From: a virus
Lineage: Duplodnaviria; Caudoviricetes
DNA length: 64,000 nt
Virus record (IMG/VR): IMGVR_UViG_3300015607_000582
Location: 1 to 64,000 of that record
Strand: one strand, 5' to 3'
Shown here: positions 1 to 9,201 of the stretch, one piece after another
Position numbering within the stretch: the first letter of the stretch is position 1
How the letters are laid out: every line of letters begins with the position of its first letter
The notes under the pieces: generated by a model
Told to the model about the DNA's origin: nothing
The model's input: only the letters and a program-made list of their open reading frames with translations
The model's database searches: none
Translations under genes and position numbers: made by a program

Positions 1-153
1 GCCCTCGATGCGCTTCGTGTAGTCCGCCATCGCGGCGTCGAGCCTGCTGACCGAATCGCTGAAGTTCTTCGCGAATGCGTTCAGCGCGCTCAGCTCCTTG
101 CCCTTCATGAGCTGGAGCTTGACTTCGAGCTTGTTGTTCCTGCGTTCGGCCAT
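1..153 (-). CDS. tape measure protein, N-terminus (runs off window)
   Basis: ATG at 153 (MAERRNNKLEVKLQL...), open to the window edge, helical; follows the frameshifted tail chaperone. Confidence 0.6.
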   Translation of the reverse strand, partial: MAERRNNKLEVKLQLMKGKELSALNAFAKNFSDSVSRLDAAMADYTKRIEG

Positions 154-155
154 CG

Positions 156-166
156 TCACCAGTTAG
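156..166 (-). promoter_or_regulatory. late promoter motif CTAA-N4-YGA
   Basis: CTAACTGGTGA, ATG 2 nt downstream. Confidence 0.65.
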
Positions 167-175
167 AGCGCAGCA

Positions 176-523
176 TCAGGGAGCGAGGAATCCGAGACCG
201 AGTTCGTGGAAGTCCGAAAGCATGGTCTGCTTGTCGGTCACGGTCAGCCCCTCCATCTCCTCCGGCTTGATGAAGGCGCTCTTCTGCTCGCTCTCGATCT
301 GGTCGAACATCTCCAGCACCTTGCTCGCCTTGTCGAGGTTCGCCGCCAACGTCGATGCCTTGAAGTCCATCATCCGCTCGCGCTCTGCCTGCGCTTGCTC
401 GTCGTCGATCACAGCGAGCAGGGCTAGGCGCTGGAGGTCATGCAGATCCCCGTCCAGCAGCCCCTGACGATACGCGAGTCGGCACTGGGCGAGAGCTTCC
501 GCCGACCCGCCTGCTATTTTCCC
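176..523 (-). CDS. tail assembly chaperone, -1 frameshift extension (gpGT-like)
   Basis: -1 frame open from GGGAAAA to stop at 176 (GKIAGGSAEALAQCRLAYRQG...VIDDEQ...). Confidence 0.75.
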   Translation of the reverse strand, partial: GKIAGGSAEALAQCRLAYRQGLLDGDLHDLQRLALLAVIDDEQAQAERERMMDFKASTLAANLDKASKVLEMFDQIESEQKSAFIKPEEMEGLTVTDKQTMLSDFHELGLGFLAP

Positions 524-1017
524 TCAAGCGCCCTGAACGCGCGAGCCTGACGCAGCTCCAGCTTCTCGTACTCGTCGTAGATGCGCTCGATGACCGGGAA
601 GTAGTAGTCGCTGAACGTGGTGAAGTTCGCCCGGATGGCGGAGATGATGTCGCTCTTGCCGGGTGCCAAGGGGCGCTGCAGCGGCGTCCCGTCGACGCTC
701 TTGACCGCAGCCGCTGCGGTCGCCAGACCGAGTGCCCGAGCCTGACCGAACACGCCGTCGTACTCGTTCACGATCTGGTCGCGCGCCAGCTCTTCGCCAG
801 CGCGCAGGGTGTGGATCTCGAACCGATGGCCCCAGATGTTGACCTCGGTCGAGAGGGCCCCGAGGTAGAGGAGCCCCTCGACGTCTCGCTCGATCTCGGC
901 CGGGAATCGCTCGCCTTCCTGCGCCGCCTCGACCCTCTCGACAGCCACGGGGGTGTCGGTCGGGATCGACGTAGACAGGTCGGGGTCGGGAACGAAGTCG
1001 CTTCGCTCGTCGTGCAT
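514..1017 (-). CDS. tail assembly chaperone (gpG-like)
   Basis: between tail tube and tape measure; ends in a slippery site. Confidence 0.75.
   Translation of the reverse strand: MHDERSDFVPDPDLSTSIPTDTPVAVERVEAAQEGERFPAEIERDVEGLLYLGALSTEVNIWGHRFEIHTLRAGEELARDQIVNEYDGVFGQARALGLATAAAAVKSVDGTPLQRPLAPGKSDIISAIRANFTTFSDYYFPVIERIYDEYEKLELRQARAFRALEGK
517..523 (-). other. programmed -1 ribosomal frameshift site GGGAAAA
   Basis: GAG GGA AAA TAG at the end of the chaperone ORF; canonical slippery heptamer. Confidence 0.8.
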
Positions 1018-1061
1018 GTTGTGCCCCTTGTCGGTGTGTGGGCGCTAGGTGTTGCGGTCGG

Positions 1062-1655
1062 TCACGCGCCGAGCGCGGAGTAGAGGCTCGATGCGCTGTT
1101 GTCGTGAACCTGCGTGGTGTGCGTGTACTGGATCGTCAGCACCTTCGCGATGTCCATGGTGCCGATCTCGATGTTCTCGTCGTCGCGGATGTCCGTGATC
1201 TTGCAGCCGTGGTAGTTGTCCGCGTACTTGCGGGCGGTGCTGCCGTACATCGTCGGCGGGTAGACGACCCGCGAGCAGACGATGCCGCCTCGCGGGTCGA
1301 TGGTCGCGAGGCGCGTGAACACGTCGGCGAGGTCGTTGTAGAACGGGCGCTGGTTGACCGACCCCTGCAGCTTCAGGTCGACGATCTGCATGATGCGATC
1401 CCAGACCTTCTCGTTGTACAGCTCGTACAGCGCGACCTGCAGCGTGCCGGGCCCGATGGCCGCCGGGGTGATGATGTTGAGCGGACGCTGGGCGTCGAGC
1501 GGCTGGATGGCCACCGGAGCAGCGACCGGCTGCGGCGACTGGTGCGACAGCGTCTGCGCGAAGGCGAGGGGCTGGCCCTGCCAGTGGAACACGGTGAAGC
1601 CAGAGCCACCAACTCGCGGCACCTTGGCCGAGATGTCACTGTAGTTGAACGACAT
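1062..1655 (-). CDS. tail tube protein
   Basis: 197 aa directly after the sheath; YHGCKITDIRDDENIEIGTM...TIQY tube-like C-terminus. Confidence 0.75.
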   Translation of the reverse strand: MSFNYSDISAKVPRVGGSGFTVFHWQGQPLAFAQTLSHQSPQPVAAPVAIQPLDAQRPLNIITPAAIGPGTLQVALYELYNEKVWDRIMQIVDLKLQGSVNQRPFYNDLADVFTRLATIDPRGGIVCSRVVYPPTMYGSTARKYADNYHGCKITDIRDDENIEIGTMDIAKVLTIQYTHTTQVHDNSASSLYSALGA

Positions 1656-1660
1656 TCAGA

Positions 1661-3664
1661 TCATGCTCCGAGCGTAGGCGTGTTGTTGAGAGAGATCGAG
1701 CCCTGACCGAGGTCGATGCTGAACTCGACGGAGATGTAGTTGATCGCGAACGGCGGCTTGTAGGCGAACCGCAGGTCGATCTGCGTCGGGTTCACCGTCG
1801 ACAGGCGGGCGGTGAGCCCGGCGTAGTCGCTGATGACGCCCTGACCCTTCATGCTCTGGAGGACGCCGTCGATGGCGACCTGCACCGTGATCGGCGCGTT
1901 CTCGTCGGCAGGGATCTGGCCGATGATCTGCTCGTCGAGTACATCGTGAACCGCGTCGAGCAGGTAGTGCTTGGAGCGAACCACGTTCAGCTCGCTCTTG
2001 GACACCGAGCTGACGTCCGTGGTCAGGCCGTGGCGCACGCGGATCCGTCCGCCGACGTTCTCCAGCACCGTCAGGCCAGCCGCAGCATCGCGGTTCTTCT
2101 CCAGCCGGTCGACGACCTCGTTGACGGCGGCGAGGCCGACCATCGTCTTGCGCGTCATCGTTGCCTGCACCGGGTAGCGGGCGAGCATGCCCGCGAGTGC
2201 AGCGGCGGCGTACTGGCCGCCGACGTCGATGCGCCGGTTGACGTTGTTGATGTAGGCGTAGCTCGCCGGGGAGACGATGGTGACGTCCTCGTTGTTGAAC
2301 GTCTGCGCGAGCGAGCGCCGCGTCGCCTGCTGTCCCTGATTCGCCAGCGTGGAATCCGTCCCGCAGATCGCCACGCAGCGGATGTCGATGGTTCGCATGA
2401 AGTCGATGTGCGTCTTGACGGCGCTGATGATGGAGGCGATGGTCGAGTCGTTGGACGTCGTGACGACGCCGCCGACGCCGACGATGGGGACGATGACGTT
2501 GACGTCCTCCTGCACGCGCAGCGCCTGCAGGGTCGTCGTCCAGTCGCTCGGTGCGCCCGTGGGCGCGACCGGGCCAGCGGCATGCAGTGCCTGCAGCACC
2601 AGCTCGCTCGCGCCGTTGGCGAACGCCAGTCCGGCCGCGAACGAGATCGGGCTGTTGATGTTGCCGTCTGCGTCGAGTGCGGGGCCGTACTTGGCCTCCG
2701 CCTCTGCGGGGCTGGTGACGCGCGTCGGCGTCCAGTAGTCGGCGGGCGAAGCCTGATACGTCACGCGGACGCGCAGCTCGTCGTCGGTTCCGCCGATGGT
2801 CGTCGTGCCCTGCGAGCGAGCGATCTTGAGCGTCGCGCCCGAGCCGCTGACGACGTAGTCGTCGTCGGTGGTCGACTCCGCCTTGTCGTACAGGCCGACC
2901 TCGGTGAGCCCAGTGCTGCCGAGGCCCGGCGCGTTCTTGACGACGATGGAGTCGGCTCCGGCCGGAAGGCTGACGGGGTTCGCATCGTCGAGCTGGACTG
3001 CCTGATCGGTGTACTGCACCGCGTCGATCACGTAGTCGAGGTACAGCGTCTGGAACTTGCCGATGACGCCGTTCGTGTTCTCGTAGACGATGGTCGGAAC
3101 CGGGGAGACGCTGCCCTCGTTGGCGATGGTGTAGTCGTCGGCCGAGACCTCGCCAGCGTTCTGCACCCGCAGGCTTGCGGTCTGCGTGCCGGACGACTGG
3201 ATGCTGCCGTTCGCCGTGCCGTCGACGTACTCAGCGCCGAGACGGTCGAGCGTGACCAGAGCCGACTTGCCGTCGGACTGGACAGGCGCTCCCGAGTTCT
3301 CGAAGTAGGTGACGACCTGCTCGCCGTCGTCGATGGCTGTCTGCATCGTCCGCCGGATGCTCGTCACGCCGGAGACGGTGGTCAGGGTGTAGTCCTGATC
3401 GCCCACCGACGGCGTGCTCTCGATGAAGGCGGTTCCGTTCGGATCCGCCGCATCCACGACGCGCACCGTCGAGGTGTCGATGCCCGTCGCTGACAGCGTG
3501 ACTTCGCCGTTGTCGACGAGCTGGACGATGTCAGCGACCTCGCGGTAGCCCCGTGACGGGCCCACGATTGCCGCAAGCGTCGGGGCCCCAGAGGTGGGGA
3601 CGTTGAAGCTCGGGGATTCCAGCTCCCGAATCGTGATGCCGGGCTCGTTGTAGGGAATGGCCAC
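1661..3664 (-). CDS. tail sheath protein
   Basis: 667 aa; N-terminal Y..PGITIRE and C-terminal GLTT...ELNVVR...YKPPFAINYI sheath motifs. Confidence 0.9.
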   Translation of the reverse strand: MAIPYNEPGITIRELESPSFNVPTSGAPTLAAIVGPSRGYREVADIVQLVDNGEVTLSATGIDTSTVRVVDAADPNGTAFIESTPSVGDQDYTLTTVSGVTSIRRTMQTAIDDGEQVVTYFENSGAPVQSDGKSALVTLDRLGAEYVDGTANGSIQSSGTQTASLRVQNAGEVSADDYTIANEGSVSPVPTIVYENTNGVIGKFQTLYLDYVIDAVQYTDQAVQLDDANPVSLPAGADSIVVKNAPGLGSTGLTEVGLYDKAESTTDDDYVVSGSGATLKIARSQGTTTIGGTDDELRVRVTYQASPADYWTPTRVTSPAEAEAKYGPALDADGNINSPISFAAGLAFANGASELVLQALHAAGPVAPTGAPSDWTTTLQALRVQEDVNVIVPIVGVGGVVTTSNDSTIASIISAVKTHIDFMRTIDIRCVAICGTDSTLANQGQQATRRSLAQTFNNEDVTIVSPASYAYINNVNRRIDVGGQYAAAALAGMLARYPVQATMTRKTMVGLAAVNEVVDRLEKNRDAAAGLTVLENVGGRIRVRHGLTTDVSSVSKSELNVVRSKHYLLDAVHDVLDEQIIGQIPADENAPITVQVAIDGVLQSMKGQGVISDYAGLTARLSTVNPTQIDLRFAYKPPFAINYISVEFSIDLGQGSISLNNTPTLGA

Positions 3665-3688
3665 TGCGTAGTCTCCGTGATGGCGAGT

Positions 3689-3699
3689 TCACCCATTAG
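3689..3699 (-). promoter_or_regulatory. late promoter motif
   Basis: CTAATGGGTGA upstream of the sheath gene. Confidence 0.65.
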
Positions 3700-3729
3700 A
3701 CGGCAGGAGGGGATCGCCGTCTCGTGGGC

Positions 3730-4506
3730 CTATGGGGTGAATGTCTCGGCTGCCGATGCCTCGCCGCTGCCCTCAGCGACGAAACCGTCGTAGATTTCGC
3801 CACCGGGGACGGGGTAGTCCTCGGAGTCGTACAGAGGCAACTCCAGCCGATCCTTCATGTGTGGGTAGACGAAAACGTGCGACACGAGTCCGGTGCCCGG
3901 CGTCACCGCGTTCGGCACCGCGTTGTAGAAGCCGCCGATGCAGTCGACCGTCAGGTCTCGCTGGTAGACCAGCGCATCCTCTGCGCCCCACGGCGCGGGC
4001 GACACGGACTTGCCGCCCGAGTGCATGCGGTCGGTGTTGAGGAAGAGCTGCGACAGTGCGCGGAACGGATCGACCGGATCGTCCGGCGACCCGTACAGCT
4101 CCGAGAACAGGTTGCGCTGCAGCGACAGGTGGGGCAGCCGCCAGAAGGCCATGCACTCGACCACGGCGTCGTAGATGATGTCGCGGTCGAGCGGGGTGAG
4201 GCCGTAGCAGCGGAACGTGATCGAGCCATCGAAGCGGCGATGGCCCCAGACGCGCAGGATGCCGTTCGGATCGTAGAAGACCTCGCGGTGGCCGATGCCC
4301 GCGTCGCGGTTCTCGCGGTCGTTGAAGTCGACGATGATCGCCGGGTACTCCTGCCGCGTGAGCGGGTACTCGGTCACGATGCGCAGGTCGCGGAGCTGCT
4401 TCTCGGCGTACGCGGACGTGAACACGCGACGCATGCCCTTGACGATGGTGTTCTGCACCATCCGCGTGAAACCGACCACGCGCTCCTGTCGAATGGGATC
4501 GCTCAC
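3730..4506 (-). CDS. tail completion/terminator protein
   Basis: immediately upstream of the sheath; EYP...YPAIIV motif. Confidence 0.6.
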   Translation of the reverse strand: MSDPIRQERVVGFTRMVQNTIVKGMRRVFTSAYAEKQLRDLRIVTEYPLTRQEYPAIIVDFNDRENRDAGIGHREVFYDPNGILRVWGHRRFDGSITFRCYGLTPLDRDIIYDAVVECMAFWRLPHLSLQRNLFSELYGSPDDPVDPFRALSQLFLNTDRMHSGGKSVSPAPWGAEDALVYQRDLTVDCIGGFYNAVPNAVTPGTGLVSHVFVYPHMKDRLELPLYDSEDYPVPGGEIYDGFVAEGSGEASAAETFTP

Positions 4507-4916
4507 TCCACGACCTCGTAGTTCTCACCGTCTCCGGTGATTAGGTCTTGGATCAGCTCGGTCAGGATGCCGTCTGCGTCCTCGGCGAGCAGCTCCTCGG
4601 CGACGTCCACCATCATCTGGTCGATCTCGGGATCGAGACCCGACTCGCCGAGGGCCGCCATGCTCAGCTCGCTGATCTCGAAGTGCAGCCCCGGCTTGCG
4701 CTCCCATGCAATGGGGCTCCACCCCTGCTGCAGCATGAACAGGTTCTGGGGGCTGAGCCCCTTGCGGCGGCGCTTCAGGATCTCGCTGCCAATGTTCGCA
4801 TCGGAGGAGAAGTAGCGCACGCGCATCTGCTCGTTGGCGCGCTCGACGATGCGCTGCCGGTACAGCGCCCAAGTGTGCTCGGAGGCGATCTGCTCGAAGT
4901 GCTCTCCGTCGATCAC
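4503..4916 (-). CDS. putative neck/tail completion protein
   Basis: 137 aa with 4-nt overlaps on both sides, in the neck cluster. Confidence 0.5.
   Translation of the reverse strand: MIDGEHFEQIASEHTWALYRQRIVERANEQMRVRYFSSDANIGSEILKRRRKGLSPQNLFMLQQGWSPIAWERKPGLHFEISELSMAALGESGLDPEIDQMMVDVAEELLAEDADGILTELIQDLITGDGENYEVVE
4534..4544 (-). promoter_or_regulatory. late promoter motif (variant)
   Basis: CTAATCACCGG, about 30 nt upstream of the 4506 start. Confidence 0.45.
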
Positions 4917-5743
4917 GAGAAGACCATCGAGTGGTAGATGTGATCGCGCTCGTACTGCGCGATCAGTTCATGCGCCCACTTGAGCTTGTCCTCGACGCGC
5001 TGGCCGGAGGGCTGTGACTTGCTCCACAGTTCGAGATTCTCGATGCGATTGTCGTCGCGCACGCCGTTCTTGTGGTGAACGGTTTCTCCGGGTGCGAGGA
5101 GACGACCGATGTGCGCCTCCATCACCAGCCTGTGTTCGGCGACCATTTTCGCACGACCGGGGTCGTACACCAAGACGTAGCCGTCGTGGTTCTTTCGCCG
5201 CTCCTGTCGCCCGCTGCGGATCGGCGTATCAATCTGAATGTCTCCGCCGCTGTACTGACGCTGCCAGTGCGTGTGGCACAGGCCGTGGCCATAGTGCGGA
5301 CGACTACAGTCCGTGACGCGGCAGAGCCTTCCGATCCCCCAGCGTCGCACTGGAGCGTCCATCGGCTGGCCAGTCTTGAGCCTCCGGTAATGCGCCTGAC
5401 AGTACCCCTTGGCGTTGTGTGGCCTACCACACCCTTCAATGGTACAGGTCGCCCCTTTTCCCAGCTCACCGATGGGCGTGTCCAGCATCAGGTCGCCGTG
5501 CCTTTCCAGTCGGCGCTGGTGGCTCTGACAATACCCGTGTGGGCCGCTCTGCCTGCGACCGCACCCCTCTACCGTGCAGTCACTCGACCTACCCCGTAGG
5601 GCTTCCAGAAGGCGCTTTCGGTCGCCGGGCTCGATGTCGGCAAAAGCATCCCCGTACCGCTCAACGCGACGGAGATGCGTCTGACAGTAGACGCACGACT
5701 TGCGCTTGGTTTCTCGCTTACAGGTGTCAATGATGCACTTCAC
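4913..5743 (-). CDS. HNH homing endonuclease with four Zn-binding repeats
   Basis: C-x4-C...(G)YC-xx-H repeats x4; EHRLVME...VHHKNGVRDDNRIENLELW; GTG start at 5743; atypical codon usage. Confidence 0.85.
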   Translation of the reverse strand: MKCIIDTCKRETKRKSCVYCQTHLRRVERYGDAFADIEPGDRKRLLEALRGRSSDCTVEGCGRRQSGPHGYCQSHQRRLERHGDLMLDTPIGELGKGATCTIEGCGRPHNAKGYCQAHYRRLKTGQPMDAPVRRWGIGRLCRVTDCSRPHYGHGLCHTHWQRQYSGGDIQIDTPIRSGRQERRKNHDGYVLVYDPGRAKMVAEHRLVMEAHIGRLLAPGETVHHKNGVRDDNRIENLELWSKSQPSGQRVEDKLKWAHELIAQYERDHIYHSMVFS

Positions 5744-5752
5744 ATCTGTTAG
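5742..5752 (-). promoter_or_regulatory. late promoter motif overlapping the HNH start
   Basis: CTAACAGATGTG; TAA is the upstream stop, GTG the HNH start. Confidence 0.5.
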
Positions 5753-6462
5753 GCAAAAGATATGCCGTGGTAGCAATGATCGCGTGGCAGCTTCGCCTGC
5801 TCGAACGTCTGCGCCACGAGGAACTCGTCGCCGCGCGACTTCTTGCCCCAGCCCCGGATCGAGATCGGGTTGACGAGCTTCGCCTCGTACAGCTCGTGGG
5901 TGTCGGCGATCTCGTCGAGGTTGTCGGCGAGCGTCACGTTGAGCAGGATGTCGTTGTCCGAGATCGGCGGGTACCATGGAGCGAACGCCTGCGCGTTCTG
6001 CGTCTGGACGATGGCACCTTGGTCGGAGAGCTTGAACACGTCGACCGCCGCGTCGGGCTCGATCACCCACGTCACGACGGCTGGGCCGAAGCCTCGATAC
6101 AGCGGCGCGAGGTCGCCAGTGCCGGGGTCGGCCGTGACGATCTCGCCATCCTCGTCGATCCACTCGTCTGCCACTCGCTCGACCGAGCAGAAGCCGGTGG
6201 CGAAGCAGACCGGACAGTCTCCGCGCACCTGACCCCGGTAGCTGTTGAAGCAGGCGGGGCACTGCTCGACCGCGATGTCGTAGCTGACGCCGGGGAGTGT
6301 CAGGCGGTAGTTGTCGTCGCGGTCGTCGTTGCCGAACTTGTGCATCCAGAGCACGGGCTGGCCGAGCTTCATCGCCATGTCCATGTTGGATCGACGAAGC
6401 ACGCGGATGTCGTGTGACACGCGCGGTGGGCCGAAGTACCTGTGGTTCAGGACATGGGGCAT
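5749..6462 (-). CDS. head-tail connector/neck protein
   Basis: 237 aa; CPAC...CPVCFATG motif; position between capsid and sheath. Confidence 0.55.
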   Translation of the reverse strand: MPHVLNHRYFGPPRVSHDIRVLRRSNMDMAMKLGQPVLWMHKFGNDDRDDNYRLTLPGVSYDIAVEQCPACFNSYRGQVRGDCPVCFATGFCSVERVADEWIDEDGEIVTADPGTGDLAPLYRGFGPAVVTWVIEPDAAVDVFKLSDQGAIVQTQNAQAFAPWYPPISDNDILLNVTLADNLDEIADTHELYEAKLVNPISIRGWGKKSRGDEFLVAQTFEQAKLPRDHCYHGISFA

Positions 6463-6463
6463 G

Positions 6464-7333
6464 TCAGCTCAGATAGCCGCGCCCGAAGAACCGGCCGCGC
6501 ATGTTGGCGTTGACGAGGCGGCCCGCCTTGTTGCCCACGAGGAGGGAGCCACGGCTGATGTCCAGCTCGCTGCGCTTCCACAGCATCCGCATGCGCTCCC
6601 ACTCGGGAAGCTCCAACTGGTAGATGGCCGCCCACGCCTGCTGGTACCGGGTGCGGTCGAAGTAGCCGACGGAGGAGTTCATCACGTTCGGCTGCTCGGT
6701 GTAGGAGCGCATCAGGTGCTTGAGCGTCGCGATGAACAGGCCGTAGCCGAAGAAGGCGGTGCCGTCGCGAGTCGTCCACGGGAAGCTCGTCTCCGTGTAC
6801 TCGGTCACGGGCTGCTGGACGTTGATGTCGAGCAGGACGTCGGGAACGAAGTCGAGGAGCTTGGCGCGGTCGAAGTTGGCCTTCGTCATGTCGCGCAGCC
6901 ACGGGCCGCCGTGCTCGCTGTCGAAGCAGTCCTCCAGCTTGGCCCACGCGATGGTGGCGGCTGGATCGGCGGGAGTTGCGCCCGTGCGCTGGAAGACGTC
7001 GCAGACCTCGTAGACGAGCGGAACGGTGCGAACCTTGTCCGACACGCCGTTCTCGTCGTAGGTGAAGCGTGCGAACGCTCGATAGTCGCCGACGACATCG
7101 TGGATGTTCGGCGCGACGGTGTACGTGCCGGTGCCGTCTCCGGTGATGTCGCCCGGATCGGCGTCGATGGCCGGGGCGAGCGGATCGTCGCCGGGCTTGA
7201 GCACGGTGAACTCGACGCTGGTGATGTCAGCCTCGGGGATGAGGTTGGCGTCGTCCCTGTCGTACAGGAACGCAGTCAGGGTCTTCGTGTCACCGAGGAA
7301 GGCCCTCTTCTCCTGATCCCATCCGTATGGCAC
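6464..7333 (-). CDS. head-tail adaptor-like protein (Ig-like N-terminus)
   Basis: GTG at 7333 with AGAGGGA RBS; Ig-like N-terminus plus helical LKHLMRSYTEQP region. Confidence 0.55.
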   Translation of the reverse strand: MPYGWDQEKRAFLGDTKTLTAFLYDRDDANLIPEADITSVEFTVLKPGDDPLAPAIDADPGDITGDGTGTYTVAPNIHDVVGDYRAFARFTYDENGVSDKVRTVPLVYEVCDVFQRTGATPADPAATIAWAKLEDCFDSEHGGPWLRDMTKANFDRAKLLDFVPDVLLDINVQQPVTEYTETSFPWTTRDGTAFFGYGLFIATLKHLMRSYTEQPNVMNSSVGYFDRTRYQQAWAAIYQLELPEWERMRMLWKRSELDISRGSLLVGNKAGRLVNANMRGRFFGRGYLS

Positions 7334-7555
7334 TGCGTCCCTCTTTGCTGTCGTCGGCCGCGCACTTGGGGAGGGCTGTGGCCGTGCCGTGACTGTGAAT
7401 GTCGAACTCGTGAATGGAACGACAGTCCGGCGGCCGAGAACCCACTGACAGGGCTTCGGCAACCCGCCGGACTGAAGGCTCCCTTGCGGGTCGACCGGCG
7501 TCAGGTGGCTCGAAGAGACCTTGGGGTTGTCCCCTAGATGAGCGGTTTGTGCTTT
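7334..7555 (-). ncRNA. candidate structured 5' leader or ncRNA
   Basis: about 220 nt non-coding after a late promoter; 11-bp stem CAGTCCGGCGG/CCGCCGGACTG; GCAA and GAAA tetraloop hairpins; GGGG-ACAA-CCCC. Confidence 0.4.
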
Positions 7556-7565
7556 CGCAGATTAG
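7555..7565 (-). promoter_or_regulatory. late promoter motif
   Basis: CTAATCTGCGA. Confidence 0.6.
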
Positions 7566-7912
7566 GTGCGTGCGCGAAAGCGGTGCCACCAGCGCCGAGG
7601 CGATTCGGGCTCCGGCTCGACGACAGCGACCAGCCCCAGCTCGTCCGTGTTGATCTTGGCCATGCGTGCTGGATTCGCCTGCGTCCTCGTCGTCTGGATG
7701 AACTCAGGCTCGATGCCCGCCAGCCTCTCCAGCTCCTCGATGCGCGTGAGCAGGTGCCGGACGAACCAGTCGTTGGAGTACGTGAGCCCGCGCCGCTTGC
7801 TTGCCACCATGGGCTGCGACACGGGGGCGAGTGGCCGCCGACTGATCGTGTCCAGCCTCTCGCCCTTGCGCAGGGCGAGGGTGGGATCCTCGAACTTGAT
7901 GTGCCGCCCCAT
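7562..7912 (-). CDS. hypothetical protein
   Basis: 116 aa ORF packed behind 7916..8563. Confidence 0.55.
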   Translation of the reverse strand: MGRHIKFEDPTLALRKGERLDTISRRPLAPVSQPMVASKRRGLTYSNDWFVRHLLTRIEELERLAGIEPEFIQTTRTQANPARMAKINTDELGLVAVVEPEPESPRRWWHRFRART

Positions 7913-7915
7913 CCG

Positions 7916-8563
7916 TCAGCGCCCCCGTGCGGGTCGCCGTGCGGCAGCCTGCGCGTCGACCTGCGCCATCAGCGCGGCATTGTCGCCGCCACCGGGAGGG
8001 GCAGAGCCCATCGCGCCCTCGCCGCCGGGCATCTGGACGACGCGAGGCCCGACGGGGCCCGTGCGCCGCTCGGGGCGGTTGGCCTGCTGCTCCATCACCG
8101 CTGCGTGCGGATCCTCGGTGCGGTGCTTGATCGTCTTCTCGGGCCGGACGACCTTGACGTCGACCGGCTCCAGCGAACCGTCGACGAGGTTGGGCATGAG
8201 CGGGCGACGCCCGGTGTACCCGATGGGCGGGTACGTGCTCTGGAGATCCTTGTACTCGGCCTCGGTGATGATCTCGAACTGGCGGTCGAGCCCGGCCACG
8301 AAGGCGGTGTCACTCTGGCAGGCGAGCGGCACGAACACGGCGTCCCCTCGGTTGCCTCGTGGGCGGAGGGTGATGGCGTAGGGCTTGTCCCGGTCGCCCT
8401 GCAGTCGGAGGTTCTGCTGAACCCCGAGCAGGTTGCGAATGCAGCGCGGGCCGGGCTTCGGTGCGCGTGCCTTCTTCGGGGCTGGCTTGGCCGCCGCCGT
8501 CTTCTTCGCGGCGGCCTTCTTGGAAGTGCCGCTCTTGGCGGACGTCTTCTTGCTTGCAGACAT
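7916..8563 (-). CDS. virion-region protein with histone-like Lys/Ala-rich N-terminus
   Basis: SKKAAAKKTAAAKPAPKK; AAGGAG RBS; late promoter upstream. Confidence 0.65.
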   Translation of the reverse strand: MSASKKTSAKSGTSKKAAAKKTAAAKPAPKKARAPKPGPRCIRNLLGVQQNLRLQGDRDKPYAITLRPRGNRGDAVFVPLACQSDTAFVAGLDRQFEIITEAEYKDLQSTYPPIGYTGRRPLMPNLVDGSLEPVDVKVVRPEKTIKHRTEDPHAAVMEQQANRPERRTGPVGPRVVQMPGGEGAMGSAPPGGGDNAALMAQVDAQAAARRPARGR

Positions 8564-8654
8564 GGTGTCGTGCTCCTTGGTATGTTGCGGCCCCCGTCCG
8601 TGGGAGTGTTGCGCCTATCCTCTCCACATCGTCCATGATGCGGGCCTTCGGTGT

Positions 8655-8665
8655 GCATCATTTAG
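8655..8665 (-). promoter_or_regulatory. late promoter motif
   Basis: CTAAATGATGC. Confidence 0.55.
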
Positions 8666-8707
8666 GTGTTCGGGGAGGGGAACTCGCACCTTGCGAAACA
8701 GAAAAAT

Positions 8708-8769
8708 CTCGCAAATAGCGAACTTTTGTGCAACACCGGGGTTGCTTTGTCCGATGTATCGGGTAGAGT
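8708..8769 (+). promoter_or_regulatory. early (SigA-type) promoter with upstream 27-bp repeat
   Basis: CTCGCAAATAGCGAACTTTTGTGCAAC (identical at 9945); TTGCTT-N16-TAGAGT. Confidence 0.75.
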
Positions 8770-8802
8770 GACTTCCAGAGAGGCACACCGAACGGAGACC
8801 AG

Positions 8803-9189
8803 ATGACCAAGATCGACCCCGCACAGATCGCAGCCGCTCAGGCAGCCCTTGACGAGTACGGCTCGCAGGTGGAGTACAGTCGCTTCGCGCACCACGTCGA
8901 CGTCGAGCACTTCGTCGAGCGCCTGACGCGCGAGAGTGTCTACCACGGCTGGCACAGCGACGGCTACAAGACCGGCGCTGACCGCGACCGCAAGGAAGCC
9001 ATGCAGGAGCACGGCGGCCGCACCTTCAAGGTGCGCTTCAACCACATGGGTCGTCGGTGGGAAGTCATCCAGACTTCGCGCGACCTCCGCATCGAGCCGC
9101 CGACGAAGGCAGAGGTCAATGACATCTGTTGCGTCAGCAACCCCGACAAGCGCGGCCCCGCTCGTCTCGCCGCGATGTTCACCGCCTAA
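8803..9189 (+). CDS. hypothetical early protein
   Basis: 128 aa; ACGGAG RBS; strong GC3 bias. Confidence 0.75.
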   Translation: MTKIDPAQIAAAQAALDEYGSQVEYSRFAHHVDVEHFVERLTRESVYHGWHSDGYKTGADRDRKEAMQEHGGRTFKVRFNHMGRRWEVIQTSRDLRIEPPTKAEVNDICCVSNPDKRGPARLAAMFTA

Positions 9190-9201
9190 CAGGAGACCGC
9201 C

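Noticed and set aside
5744-6262. 5' extension of the 449-aa ORF 4913..6262
   Set aside because: Overlaps the real 5749-6462 gene out of frame; the HNH protein starts at GTG 5743.
7441-7510. Hammerhead ribozyme in the structured leader
   Set aside because: CUGACGC does not match the CUGANGA core, and there is no properly placed GAAA.
7758-7767. GGTTCGTCCG middle-box match
   Set aside because: Encodes W-F-V-R inside a gene; no TANNNT 10 nt downstream.
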